DNA of 63,132 bases, counting the filler, from Octopus bimaculoides (Eukaryota): assembly GCF_001194135.2 (NCBI RefSeq). It is 4 parts of 4 records of this genome, joined end to end, with 100 filler letters (N's around TTAATTAATTAA, not from the genome) between each part and the next. Parts side by side here need not be neighbours in the genome. Positions count along the whole stretch, not along the records: positions 1 to 25,100 come from NC_068986.1; 3 more parts are not named here. The stretch is one strand, 5' to 3'. A program made the position numbers and the translations under genes. Of this stretch, positions 1-10,364 are shown one piece after another (within the stretch, counting starts at the first letter, position 1; each line of letters begins with the position of its first letter). The notes under the pieces were generated by a model. That model was given only the letters and a program-made list of their open reading frames with translations. It was not told the DNA's origin and did no database searches.

Positions 1-32
<32 letters not shown>

Positions 33-60
33 GTTTGGATTGACTATATATATACAGATA

Positions 61-640
61 TAGCAGCACTGGCAACGATCATGTTCGGATGGTGCTCTTA
101 ATGTTCCACTAGCATGGGTGCCAGCCAGGCGGTGCTGTCATCGGCCACGTCAGCAAATTTGATTTCGATTTCACTTGCCTCAACAGGTCTTCGCAAGCAG
201 AGTTTAGTGTCCAATGAAAGAAAGGTACGCATAAGTGGGCTGGTTACACCACTGGCATAGGCCATGGGTTATGGTCTCACTTGGCTTGCCTGGTCTTCTC
301 AAGCACAGCATATTTCCAAAGGTCTCGGTCACTAATCATTGCCTTGGTGAGGACTAATTTTCGAAGGTCGTGCTTCACCACTCCATCCCAGGTCTTCCTG
401 GGTCTAACTCTTCCACAGGTTCCCTCAACTGCCAGGGTGTGACACTTTTTCACACAGCTATCCTTGTCCATTCTCACCAAATGACCATACCAGCGCAGTT
501 GTTGCTCTTGCACACCACATTTGAGGCTTCTTAGGTCCAACTTTTCTCTCAAGGCACTTACACTCTGTCGTGTATGCACACTGACATTACACATCCAGCG
601 GAGCATACTGGCTTCATTCATTGCAAGATTACACATGTCC
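61..640 (-). mobile_element. RTE-clade LINE 3' fragment (post-RT tail plus repetitive 3' UTR)
   Basis: ORF 277-636 reads LRWMCNV...LRWYGHLVRMD...GRVRPRKTW, the typical RTE C-terminal region; related sequence recurs at 1845-2590, 23575-23990 and 27258-27560. Confidence 0.8.
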
Positions 641-847
641 GCAGATAGGAAAGCCTTCCTTTTTCTGTCGAGGGCTTATATGCTCCATTATTACACTATT
701 TTCGTTAGTCATTGCACGGTGAACGGCATAAGCTTTAAGTTTATATAAAAATACCATTATTATTATTTACAGGATTGTAAAATACAGCACCCTATAATAA
801 AGCCATTTGCACTGAAAGCATATATATATATATATATATATATATAT

Positions 848-1152
848 GCTTACTATAGCCTCAGGCTGAACAAAATCTTGAGTGGATTTCTTAATCGGAA
901 ACTGAAAGAAGACTGTCGTATATATGTGTATATTTGTATATGTGTGTGCCTGTGTCTTGTGTTTGTACCACCACCATTGTTTGACAACTGATGTTGCTGT
1001 GTTTACATTCCTGTAACTTAGCGGTTTGATAAAAGACACTGACACAATGAGTACTAGGCTTACAAAGAATAAATCCTGTGGTTGATTTCTTCGACCAACG
1101 GCGGTGCTCTACCATGGCCGCAGTCACATGACAGAAACAAGTAAAACAATAA
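848..1152 (+). mobile_element. tRNA-derived SINE, family A, head-truncated
   Basis: Shares ACTATAGCCTC...GAAACTGAAAGAAG, an internal microsatellite and the CCATGGCCGCAGTCA...GAAACAAGTAAAA tail with fuller copies at 53135-53510 and 43330-43730. Confidence 0.8.
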
Positions 1153-1325
1153 AATCTATGCCATTTTCATCCCGAGCAAGGCCGGGTATCTCTGCTAGTA
1201 TATTTATATAAATATACTAGCAGAGATACCCGGCCTTGCTCGGGATGAAAATGGCATAGATTTTATTGTTTTACTTGTTTCTGTCATGTGACTGCGGCCA
1301 TGGTAGAGCACCGCCGTTGGTCGAA
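1090..1325. repeat. Perfect spacer-less 236-bp palindrome ending at a gap (probable assembly fold-back)
   Basis: Positions pair as i+j=2415, centre 1207/1208 inside TATATTTATATAAATATA; the right arm runs into Ns. Confidence 0.9.
1153..1198 (+). mobile_element. Helitron 3' terminus
   Basis: CCCG-agcaaggc-CGGG hairpin (1171-1186), then CTAG at 1195-1198 followed by T. Confidence 0.65.
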
Positions 1326-1844
1326 NNNNNNNNNNNNNNNNNNNNNNNNNNNNNNNNNNNNNNNNNNNNNNNNNNNNNNNNNNNNNNNNNNNNNNNNNNN
1401 NNNNNNNNNNNNNNNNNNNNNNNNNNNNNNNNNNNNNNNNNNNNNNNNNNNNNNNNNNNNNNNNNNNNNNNNNNNNNNNNNNNNNNNNNNNNNNNNNNNN
1501 NNNNNNNNNNNNNNNNNNNNNNNNNNNNNNNNNNNNNNNNNNNNNNNNNNNNNNNNNNNNNNNNNNNNNNNNNNNNNNNNNNNNNNNNNNNNNNNNNNNN
1601 NNNNNNNNNNNNNNNNNNNNNNNNNNNNNNNNNNNNNNNNNNNNNNNNNNNNNNNNNNNNNNNNNNNNNNNNNNNNNNNNNNNNNNNNNNNNNNNNNNNN
1701 NNNNNNNNNNNNNNNNNNNNNNNNNNNNNNNNNNNNNNNNNNNNNNNNNNNNNNNNNNNNNNNNNNNNNNNNNNNNNNNNNNNNNNNNNNNNNNNNNNNN
1801 NNNNNNNATATTATATATATATATATATATATGTATGTATATAT

Positions 1845-2590
1845 TTCCAAGGACATGTGAAGGCTAGAAAGACATGAAGCTAGTATGCTTCGCTGGATGT
1901 GCAATGTCACTGTGCATGTACAACAGAGTGTAAGTGTCTTGAGAGAAAAGTTGGGCATAAGAGGCATCAGATATCATGCACAAAGGAGACAACTGAGTTG
2001 GTATGGTTATGTGATGCTCATGGACAAGGACAGCTGTGTGAAGAAGTGCTGATCTCTAACTGTGGAGGGAACCTATTGAAGAGGTTAACCCACGAAGATA
2101 TGGGGTGAGGTGGTGAAGCTTGATTTTTAAATGTTCGGCCTCACAGAGGCAATGACAAGTGACTGAGACCTTTGGCAACATGCTGTACTTGAGAAAATCC
2201 ATTAAGCCAAGTGAAATTACAGTTGTGGCTGATGCTAGTGTTGTGTAACTGGCACGTGTGCCAATGGCACATAAAAGGACATCATTTAAATGCTGGGTGA
2301 TATTCTGTGCTTGGGAAGACCTGTCAAACCAAGTGAAACCATAGTTGTGGCTGATGCTGGTGTTTTGTAACTGGCACTCATTCCTGTGGCATGTAAAAGG
2401 CACCCACTACACTCTTGGAGTGGTTGGTGTTAGGAAGGGCACCCAGCTGTAGAAACCATGCCAAATCAGATTGAAATCTGGTGCAGCTCCCCAGCTTACT
2501 AGTTTTCAGTGAAATCATGTAACTCATGCCAGCAACAAAAACAAACGTCAAATGATGATGTTGATGACGATGATAATGATGATGATGATG
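1845..2590 (+). mobile_element. RTE-clade LINE 3' fragment, degraded
   Basis: GAAGCTAGTATGCTTCGCTGGATGTGCAATGTC matches the 277-636 copy; ends in (GAT)n. Confidence 0.8.
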
Positions 2591-2648
2591 ACACATACAT
2601 TTGATTAATGAGAGATACAGTAGATAGAAGATACAAGAATTTTTAATG

Positions 2649-2740
2649 ATCACTACAATTGTTTCAACCCATCTAGCAATGGGATACTTAACATCTGGTT
2701 TAGGTATATTCCTTGGTGTAGATGTGTCCTCTCAGGTGAT
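2649..2740 (-). ncRNA. Degenerate type I hammerhead ribozyme with extended stem II (Penelope pLTR)
   Basis: Minus strand: ATCAC-CTGAGAG-GACACATCTA...TAGATGGGTT-GAAAC-AATT-GTA-GTGAT. Stem I is 5 bp, stem II pairs 9 of 10, core deviates from CTGANGA. Confidence 0.55.
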
Positions 2741-2795
2741 TTGAAAAGGTATCTTGTTAAAATAAACTCTGTTTCACAAGATTTCTTCTTGGTCT

Positions 2796-3000
2796 TTGTA
2801 TATAGAAATAACAAATTAAGGTATACAGTTTCATTCTTTTAGAAGATTCATAACAATATCAGATACTAAAAGAAACACATACATAATATCTAATACATTT
2901 TTTGCTACATTATGTATGTGTTTCTTTTAGTATCTGATATTGTTATGGATCTTCTAAAAGAATGAAACTGTATACCTTAATTTGTCATTTCTATATACAA
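2796..3000. repeat. Long inverted repeat: 92-bp arms, 21-nt loop, 2 mismatches
   Basis: 2796-2887 is the reverse complement of 2909-3000 except at two positions. Confidence 0.95.
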
Positions 3001-3140
3001 ACATATATACGACAGGCTTCTTTCAGTTTCCTTCTACCAAATCCACAAGGCTTTGGTCGGCCCAAGTCTACGGTAGAAGACACTTGTCCAAGGTGCCACG
3101 TAGTGGGACTGAACCTGGAACCATGTGATTGGGAAGCAAC
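3001..3140 (-). mobile_element. SINE family A head fragment
   Basis: Reverse complement of CATGGTTCC.GGTTCAGTCCCACT.CGTGGCACCTTGG.CAAGTGTCTT. Confidence 0.75.
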
Positions 3141-3415
3141 CGTCTTACCACTCTTTTGCCTATACATTTATATCAATTGGATCAAAGGTCCTTATGGAAC
3201 CATAGGCTTATAAGGCCAGTTTCCTGGATTCTGCAGTATATATTCCCCACTGGATAGAATACCAGTCAATCTTGATTACTAATTTTTGCAAGTTGAGTGC
3301 ACTGGAGCAATATAAATTGAAGTGTTTTACTGAAGAATGTAATGCAATACTCACTTCAGGAATTGAAACCTTAATCTTACGTTCATGAACACAACACCTT
3401 AAGCCATGTTCCTAT

Positions 3416-3492
<77 letters not shown>

Positions 3493-3605
3493 ATAATAAA
3501 TTGTGTGGTATTCACCTGGTAGCTTACCAGTAAAACACGTTCACTTTCACAGTGTTCATTGAGGATTTAATTTAAAGAAACAGTAAATGGAAGATATAAG
3601 AATGT

Positions 3606-3718
3606 TTATTAATCACTACAGTTGTTTGATCCTTCTAGCATCAATCCATCATGGGTGTCATACTTAACTGGTTTAGGAGTATCCGTGAGTGTAGATGTGT
3701 CTCTTCAGGTGATAATAA
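3606..3718 (-). ncRNA. Degenerate type I hammerhead ribozyme with extended stem II, second copy
   Basis: Minus strand: TTATTATCAC-CTGAAGA-GACACATCTA...GGATC-AAAC-AACT-GTA-GTGATTAATAA. Stem I is 10 bp with one bulge; the G of GAAA is lost. Confidence 0.55.
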
Positions 3719-3779
3719 GATGTATCTTGTTAAAATAAGTAGATATTCATACACACATTTATGCATTTTTGAACTAGCA

Positions 3780-4140
3780 TTTCCTAAGAAAATGGATTTT
3801 GTGTCTCTGTTTGTGTTTCTGGTGTTTTCCCATGTGTTTTATATATTGAAAAAAAACCCCATTGTTGAAGGGGTATTATATCCTCACCATTTCACAACTT
3901 TCCCAGCCTTATTTATATTCATTATACTCACTATGAAAATATTTTTTATTGATAGCTGGTATTAGTACTTTTAAATTTAAAGTGAAATCATTGAAATGTT
4001 TGTCTCTGTTTTTAATTGGTTGTGTCTACACAGGTCTTTCCAGTTTCTGTTACTGATAAACAGGATGTAGTTTGCACATTAGTTTTATGTTCCAATTTAC
4101 AACAAGGATGTAAAACTGAACAGATCTCAAATTCATTTCA
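3780..4140 (-). pseudogene. Penelope-like GIY-YIG endonuclease fragment, heavily frameshifted
   Basis: Pieced frames give SVTETGKTCVDTTN*KQR, KHFNDFTLNLK, EYK*GWESC and KHKQRHKIHFL, colinear with the 4890-5339 EN; lies just upstream of the 3606-3718 hammerhead. Confidence 0.55.
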
Positions 4141-4481
4141 AACGCGTTGTATGATTGGCAGAGTTCATTGCTTTCTGAATCATACAGTGACTGAGTATAT
4201 CATAAACCTTCCTACCATTAACATAATTTTTGGTTCTGTGGTCAAATCAACCTGACATACTGTGTGATAAATGTGGCCCTTTGAATTACAGAAACATTTC
4301 ATTTAATGGACTTTCAGATTTGTATGTATTCAACTTCATTTACAGCATTTGAGAGTAAAGGTATTTGTTCTGGTTTTGATTCCATTGCATGGCAGCTCAG
4401 GCAAGTGCCTTCTACTATAAGCCTTGGGTTGACCAATATCTGGTGAGGGAATTTGGTGGAATTTTGTTATGTATGTATGTA

Positions 4482-4567
<86 letters not shown>

Positions 4568-4889
4568 TGTGTGTGTGTGTGTGTGTGTATAATTACATCA
4601 AGAATATCAAATCCTCTTAAAGAGATGTTACCATCCAAGTTCCCCAGTTATATCCAGTGCTTCAGTGAAAAACCCAAAGATGTTAATTTTACATAGGTGG
4701 ATATGTGTATATAACTATCCTTGTATGAGAAAAAGAAAATGGAGAAATTAATATAGACATTTATTTATTTTAACAAATTCCATTAAATGTACCATCAAAT
4801 TCTTTACTCCTACAGCTGTTTCCACACTGAATTAATTCAATTTGAGGAATCAAATTAAATTAAATTAATTTAAATTCTTATATCGAATA

Positions 4890-5339
4890 TTGAGAGAATT
4901 TGCTAGAAAGGAGCTACATTTCAACATGTTAAAAGTAAATTGTTTATTTAAAAATCATTGCAAGCATAAGAATGTAGTATATAGCTGTAGAGTGAGGTCT
5001 GAGGATAAGAGTTCTTTTACATTGAAGAAATGGAAAATTACATCAAAAAAATGCATCTCTAATCACATTTACACCTTCAGTAGTAGAAATAAGTCATCTT
5101 GTACCAGCTTCAGTGAATTTATTTGGGAATTAAAAGACAAGAATAGAAGCTTTTCTGTGAAGTGGGAGATTGTAAGCGAGGCTAGCACCTATAAAGTTGG
5201 AAATGCCTTTTGTTTTTTCTGTATGGAGGAACATTTTCAAATCTTGTATCCAAGGTGTCAACTCCTGAATGTGAGGAGGGAGACTGATTTTTCATGTGCT
5301 CATGCTTGTAAATATGTTTTCAGAAATTACATCTCATAG
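4890..5339 (+). pseudogene. GIY-YIG endonuclease C-terminal domain of a Penelope-like element
   Basis: NVVYSCRV...NHIYTF...SEFIWELKDKN...VKWEIV...CFFCMEE...LLNVRRE...CAH matches PLE EN motifs (S.YIW.LK, KW.I, CxxC.E, LN.R.E, CxH); the YIG motif is decayed. Confidence 0.8.
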
Positions 5340-5952
5340 ATGTAATTTAAAGAATAAATTAGGTACAATTGTAGGGTTACTGGAACCTTGAATCAGAAGG
5401 TATCTCATGATTAATATGCATACTACTGTAACTAAAATGATTAGATTATTCTTAATAGATATCATATTGATATTAAAGTATAAATTAAATGGTCAATATA
5501 AGGTTTTATGTACAGGTAACAGTAGTATATATTATATATAGTTTACTAAAACTTTTTAGGCACATAACTTGAGAATATATGATTAGTAGCTTATAATTGG
5601 TTCATTAATTTAAGTTAAAGATACAATGTATTAATTTAATATTGGTTTTAACTAGATTAATTTCTTAATTTGATTTGTTAATATTTATGATTTCCTTGAT
5701 TAAACTTCATTTTTTTTCTCACTAGTATACATTAATATTGATCACGTAATATTCAACTATGGTAATTAGTAAGCAGTTATCAAAACATCATTTCATAGCT
5801 TTGAACACTTTAACACACATATGCACAAATGCATAAGGGCAATCAATTGTTTTGAGTCTCAGAAATGCCATTGTCTTCGTTACTTTCCGTGAAAAGTTTT
5901 TATCCAGTAAGAAAACAGGATTTGAAAGCACATGTTGTTAGCTGTATGCTAC

Positions 5953-5995
5953 TCTAGACTGATGATGAGCAGAGACTCAGAAACATGTCTCTGGA
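5953..5995 (+). ncRNA. Minimal type I hammerhead ribozyme, core intact
   Basis: TCTAGA (stem I) CTGATGA TGAG-cagaga-CTCA (stem II) GAAA C-AT-G TC| TCTGGA (stem I partner, one G-U); palindromic ACATGT stem III; GUC cleavage after 5989. Confidence 0.85.
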
Positions 5996-7440
5996 TGCAG
6001 GCTTGGCTGGGTGGAGGTGCTTGTCTCCCCCTTGTAAACATAAGGACACAGGAAATGTGTCAAGGCCGACAGGAAGCGGTGCAGCTTCCTAGGTCTAACC
6101 AACAGTAGTATTATTCTCTTCAGGGGACTGTAACATTCAGTTGACAGCATACAACTACTTCAACAAAAACAGTGTTGCATTTTCTAATGTGCGAGTCATG
6201 TATGTATGTATACATTTTTGTCCACATATGTGTATGTGGCTAGGGTTTGTTCTTACCTACTTGATTTGTGTATGTAAAATCCATGTGTGAGTGAATACAA
6301 ATATATAAAACAGAACATGCACACACACACACACACATGTACACCCATTAGCTTCCTCTTCCACATGTCAAAAGTAAATAAATAAAAACTTTTCATGGAA
6401 GCTAATGAATAGATGACAAGTCCCGAATGGCATTTCTGAGACTCAAAATGATTGATTGCTGACATAAAAATAGTAATAATTTTTTTAAAAAAATACACCT
6501 GTTGCTAAAACACACATATCTAAGTCTATCAAAGTCAACCAACACATTGGAATATAGCTCCTTTCTAACAAATTCTCTAACCCAATTAAATACCCAATTT
6601 ACGATTTTCGATATGAAAATTTAATTCAATTCAATTTAATTTAATTCCTCAAATTGAATTAATTGGGTTTGGAAACAAACGTAGGTGTAAAGAATTTGAT
6701 GTTATAGTGAATGGAATTTGTTCAAATAAACTGATGTCTATATTAATTTCTCCATTTTCTTTTTCTCACACATGAATATACATACATACATACATCATCC
6801 TTATTATCATTTCATGTCTGTTTTTCATGCTAGTATGGGTTGGATAGCTTGGCTAGAGCTGGCAAACTGGAGAGTCACACCCAGTTCCAGTTGTTTGTTT
6901 GGCTTGGTTTCTATGGCTGGTTGACCTTCCTAACACCAATATCATCATCATCATCGTTTAACGTCCGCTTTCCATGCTAGCATGGGTTGGACGATTTGAC
7001 TGGGGACTGGTGAAACCGGATGGCAACACCAGGCTCCAGTCTGATTTGGCAGAGTTTCTATGGCTGGTTGACCTTCCTAACACCAATATCATCATCATCA
7101 TCGTTTAACGTCCGCNNNNNNNNNNNNNNNNNNNNNNNNNNNNNNNNNNNNNNNNNNNNNNNNNNNNNNNNNNNNNNNNNNNNNNNNNNNNNNNNNNNNN
7201 NNNNNNNNNNNNNNNNNNNNNNNNNNNNNNNNNNNNNNNNNNNNNNNNNNNNNNNNNNNNNNNNNNNNNNNNNNNNNNNNNNNNNNNNNNNNNNNNNNNN
7301 NNNNNNNNNNNNNNNNNNNNNNNNNNNNNNNNNNNNNNNNNNNNNNNNNNNNNNNNNNNNNNNNNNNNNNNNNNNNNNNNNNNNNNNNNNNNNNNNNNNN
7401 NNNNNNNNNNNNNNNNNNNNNNNNNNNNNNNNNNNNNNNN

Positions 7441-8850
7441 CTTTGCATCAAGATATGAAAGCTAGAGTTAATTTTGGTGGTAGGCTCTCTGAATCTTTTG
7501 CTGTGGAAAATGGAGTAAAGCAAGGAGACCTTGATGCACCCAGCCTCTTTGCAGTATACTTTGCTGTTGTGTTGTCACATACTTTTCAAAACTCTGAGGA
7601 GGGTATTTACATAAAATATCGAACAACTGGGAATGTATTTAATCTGACCAGACTGAAAGTCAACACAAAGATTTTTACTTCACTCATTAGGGAACTTTTG
7701 TATGCTGACGATTGTGATCTTGTCAGACATTCTGAAACAGGTCTATAATCTTTGGTATCTGCATTTGACTCAGCTTGTGATGATTTTGGCTTGACCATCA
7801 ACTTGAAAAAAACAGATGTAATGCATCAATCTGTGTGTGGTGCTGTTTGCAACTTCCCTAAAATTTTTGTTAAGGGAAAGTTATTTGAGGTTATCGATTC
7901 ATTCGTCTCACTTGGAAGCTCTGTTCAAAATGATGGAAATCTTGATACAGAAATACAGCTGCGAATTCAAAGGGCAGCAAAAGCATTTGGTAGCTTGGAG
8001 TCACGTGTTTGGTGTCAGCGAGATATAAATAAGAATACAAAGCTGGCTCTTTACAAATCATTTGTCTTACCATCCCTGTTGTATTCCTGTGAAACATGGA
8101 CTTATTATGAAAGGCCTTTTAAATTGTTAGAACAATTCCACCAAAAATGCCTTCATCACATTTTAAAATTAAATGGAGTTCTTTTACTCCAAACACAGAT
8201 GTCCTTGCATCTGTAGGCATCACCTCATTTAAAGCTATGAGATGGTGTGGCCATATTGTTCGAATGGTAGATGAGCACATGCCGAAACAGTTGTTTTATG
8301 GTGAGCTTGCAGAGGGAAAACGCTATTGGTGTAAGCCTAATAAAAAAAGGTTTAAGGACAGCATAAGGACTACTATGAAGTCACTTGGAATGGTTCCAGA
8401 ACATATAGAAACCCTTGCTTCAGATTGAGTTGGGTGGTGAACAAAGGTGTGGAGTGGAGTGGAAGCATTTGAAGTGGCCAGGATAACACAAGTAAGACTC
8501 AATAGAAATCTAAGGAAGAATGTAACAGTTGAGAAGGTAAATGACAATGACCTTATTGTGTGTACAGTCTGTAACAGACCATGCTTGTCTTTTGCTGGCG
8601 TCAAATCTCACCTGCAAATGCATGGAAAATGAACCTCCACCAACTATTCTGCCTACATATCTGTGCAAACCTTTGAATGCAGTGTATGCTGGAAGGTTTG
8701 CAAATCCAATGGAGGCATCAAAAGAAATTTTAAGATCCACAAAGAGCAGAACTTATCTGCAGCTCTTGGTGGTCCAAATCAGAGGTGCAATCTATCTGGG
8801 TGTCTTTTCAGAACATTATCTGATTTAAAAAACCACATCAGAAAATGAGT
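7441..8850 (+). mobile_element. RTE/BovB-like LINE RT pseudogene with C-terminal C2H2-like fingers
   Basis: GVKQGD...ELLYADD...FGLTINLKKT...LLYSCETW...RWCGHIVRM, with stops and frameshifts; then CTVC..HLQMH, CSVC...H and CNLSGC...NHIRK. Confidence 0.92.
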
Positions 8851-8941
8851 TACTTGCCTGAAACGACAACGGATCAAACTTAGGAGTTCTTGCTTGTCAA
8901 GAGAACTTTTAAACCATATATCCAAACTGCACCTATATATA

Positions 8942-10171
8942 TTAGGTTGTCAAGTATGAAATTTGTAGAAAAGAAAAATAAGTTTGCTAATGTTTTATAA
9001 ATACAAGGAATAGTTTTATTCATCAAAGTATGCACCCATATTGTCAATACACTTTTGCCATTNNNNNNNNNNNNNNNNNNNNNNNNNNNNNNNNNNNNNN
9101 NNNNNNNNNNNNNNNNNNNNNNNNNNNNNNNNNNNNNNNNNNNNNNNNNNNNNNNNNNNNNNNNNNNNNNNNNNNNNNNNNNNNNNNNNNNNNNNNNNNN
9201 NNNNNNNNNNNNNNNNNNNNNNNNNNNNNNNNNNNNNNNNNNNNNNNNNNNNNNNNNNNNNNNNNNNNNNNNNNNNNNNNNNNNNNNNNNNNNNNNNNNN
9301 NNNNNNNNNNNNNNNNNNNNNNNNNNNNNNNNNNNNNNNNNNNNNNNNNNNNNNNNNNNNNNNNNNNNNNNNNNNNNNNNNNNNNNNNNNNNNNNNNNNN
9401 NNNNNNNNNNNNNNNNNNNNNNNNNNNNNNNNNNNNNNNNNNNNNNNNNNNNNNNNNNNNNNNNNNNNNNNNNNNNNNNNNNNNNNNNNNNNNNNNNNNN
9501 NNNNNNNNNNNNNNNNNNNNNNNNNNNNNNNNNNNNNNNNNNNNNNNNNNNNNNNNNNNNNNNNNNNNNNNNNNNNNNNNNNNNNNNNNNNNNNNNNNNN
9601 NNNNNTGCTGCTTCTGATTTTCATTGAGTTCACGTGGAACCCACTTATCTAACTTCTTCACTTTACTAATTTGAACTAGGTGAGTCAATATTGTTTGCTT
9701 GCTAACACCAAACAACAACGATAATTCACGGCCACTCTGAGATGGATCTGACTCGACGGTGGCTTTCAGTTCGTCATTATCCACCTTTGTTTCTGGTCGA
9801 CAGCATTGCTTATTTGTGAGGTCAAAGTTATCAGAGCGAAATTTTGCAAACCAATTTGATACTGTCTGCTGTGTAATAACATTAGAATGAAATACTCCAT
9901 TAATATTCTGAGCTGTCTGTGATGCTGTATTTCCAAGAAAGAAGTCATATTTTGAAACTACAAATTTCTGACATATTCATCTCTAAACAAAAATAACAAA
10001 AAAATGATTCATAAATACTTTATAAAGCGCAAAATGAGTTAGTATAAGGAAATAGATGTGTCAGCTTTCTAACAAAAAATAAAGATTATCAAAATATAAT
10101 AAAGGTGTAAAATGAACAGCTGTCAAGGTTTACCATATACCTTACTACAAATTTCATACTTGACAACCTAA
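8942..10171 (-). mobile_element. Mariner (Hsmar1/Mos1-like) transposon, ends intact, middle in gap
   Basis: Perfect TIRs TTAGGTTGTCAAGTATGAAATTTGTAG, TA at both ends (8940-41, 10172-73); transposase pieces KLDKWVPREL and WQKCIDNMGAYFDE*. Confidence 0.95.
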
Positions 10172-10290
10172 TAAAAATTACAAGGATGTGTTTGTGGGTG
10201 GACATGATCCTTCAGTCTTTTGGTTAACAGCTGAATATGATTATTTATTGCACCACAGAGACTTCCCCAATTCAACACAAACACACACAG

Positions 10291-10322
<32 letters not shown>

Positions 10323-10323
10323 G

Positions 10324-10357
<34 letters not shown>

Positions 10358-10364
<7 letters not shown>

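Larger units (their letters stand above)
4722..6772 (+). mobile_element. 5'-truncated Penelope-like element with an inverted pLTR-end copy
   Basis: EN ORF, hammerhead, and a diverged inverted repeat of about 167 bp (4722-4888 vs 6604-6772). Confidence 0.75.

Noticed and set aside
6905-7115. Exact direct repeat of about 62 bp inside RTE-derived repeats
   Set aside because: The second copy replaces the expected family sequence and ends at a gap, consistent with an assembler loop.
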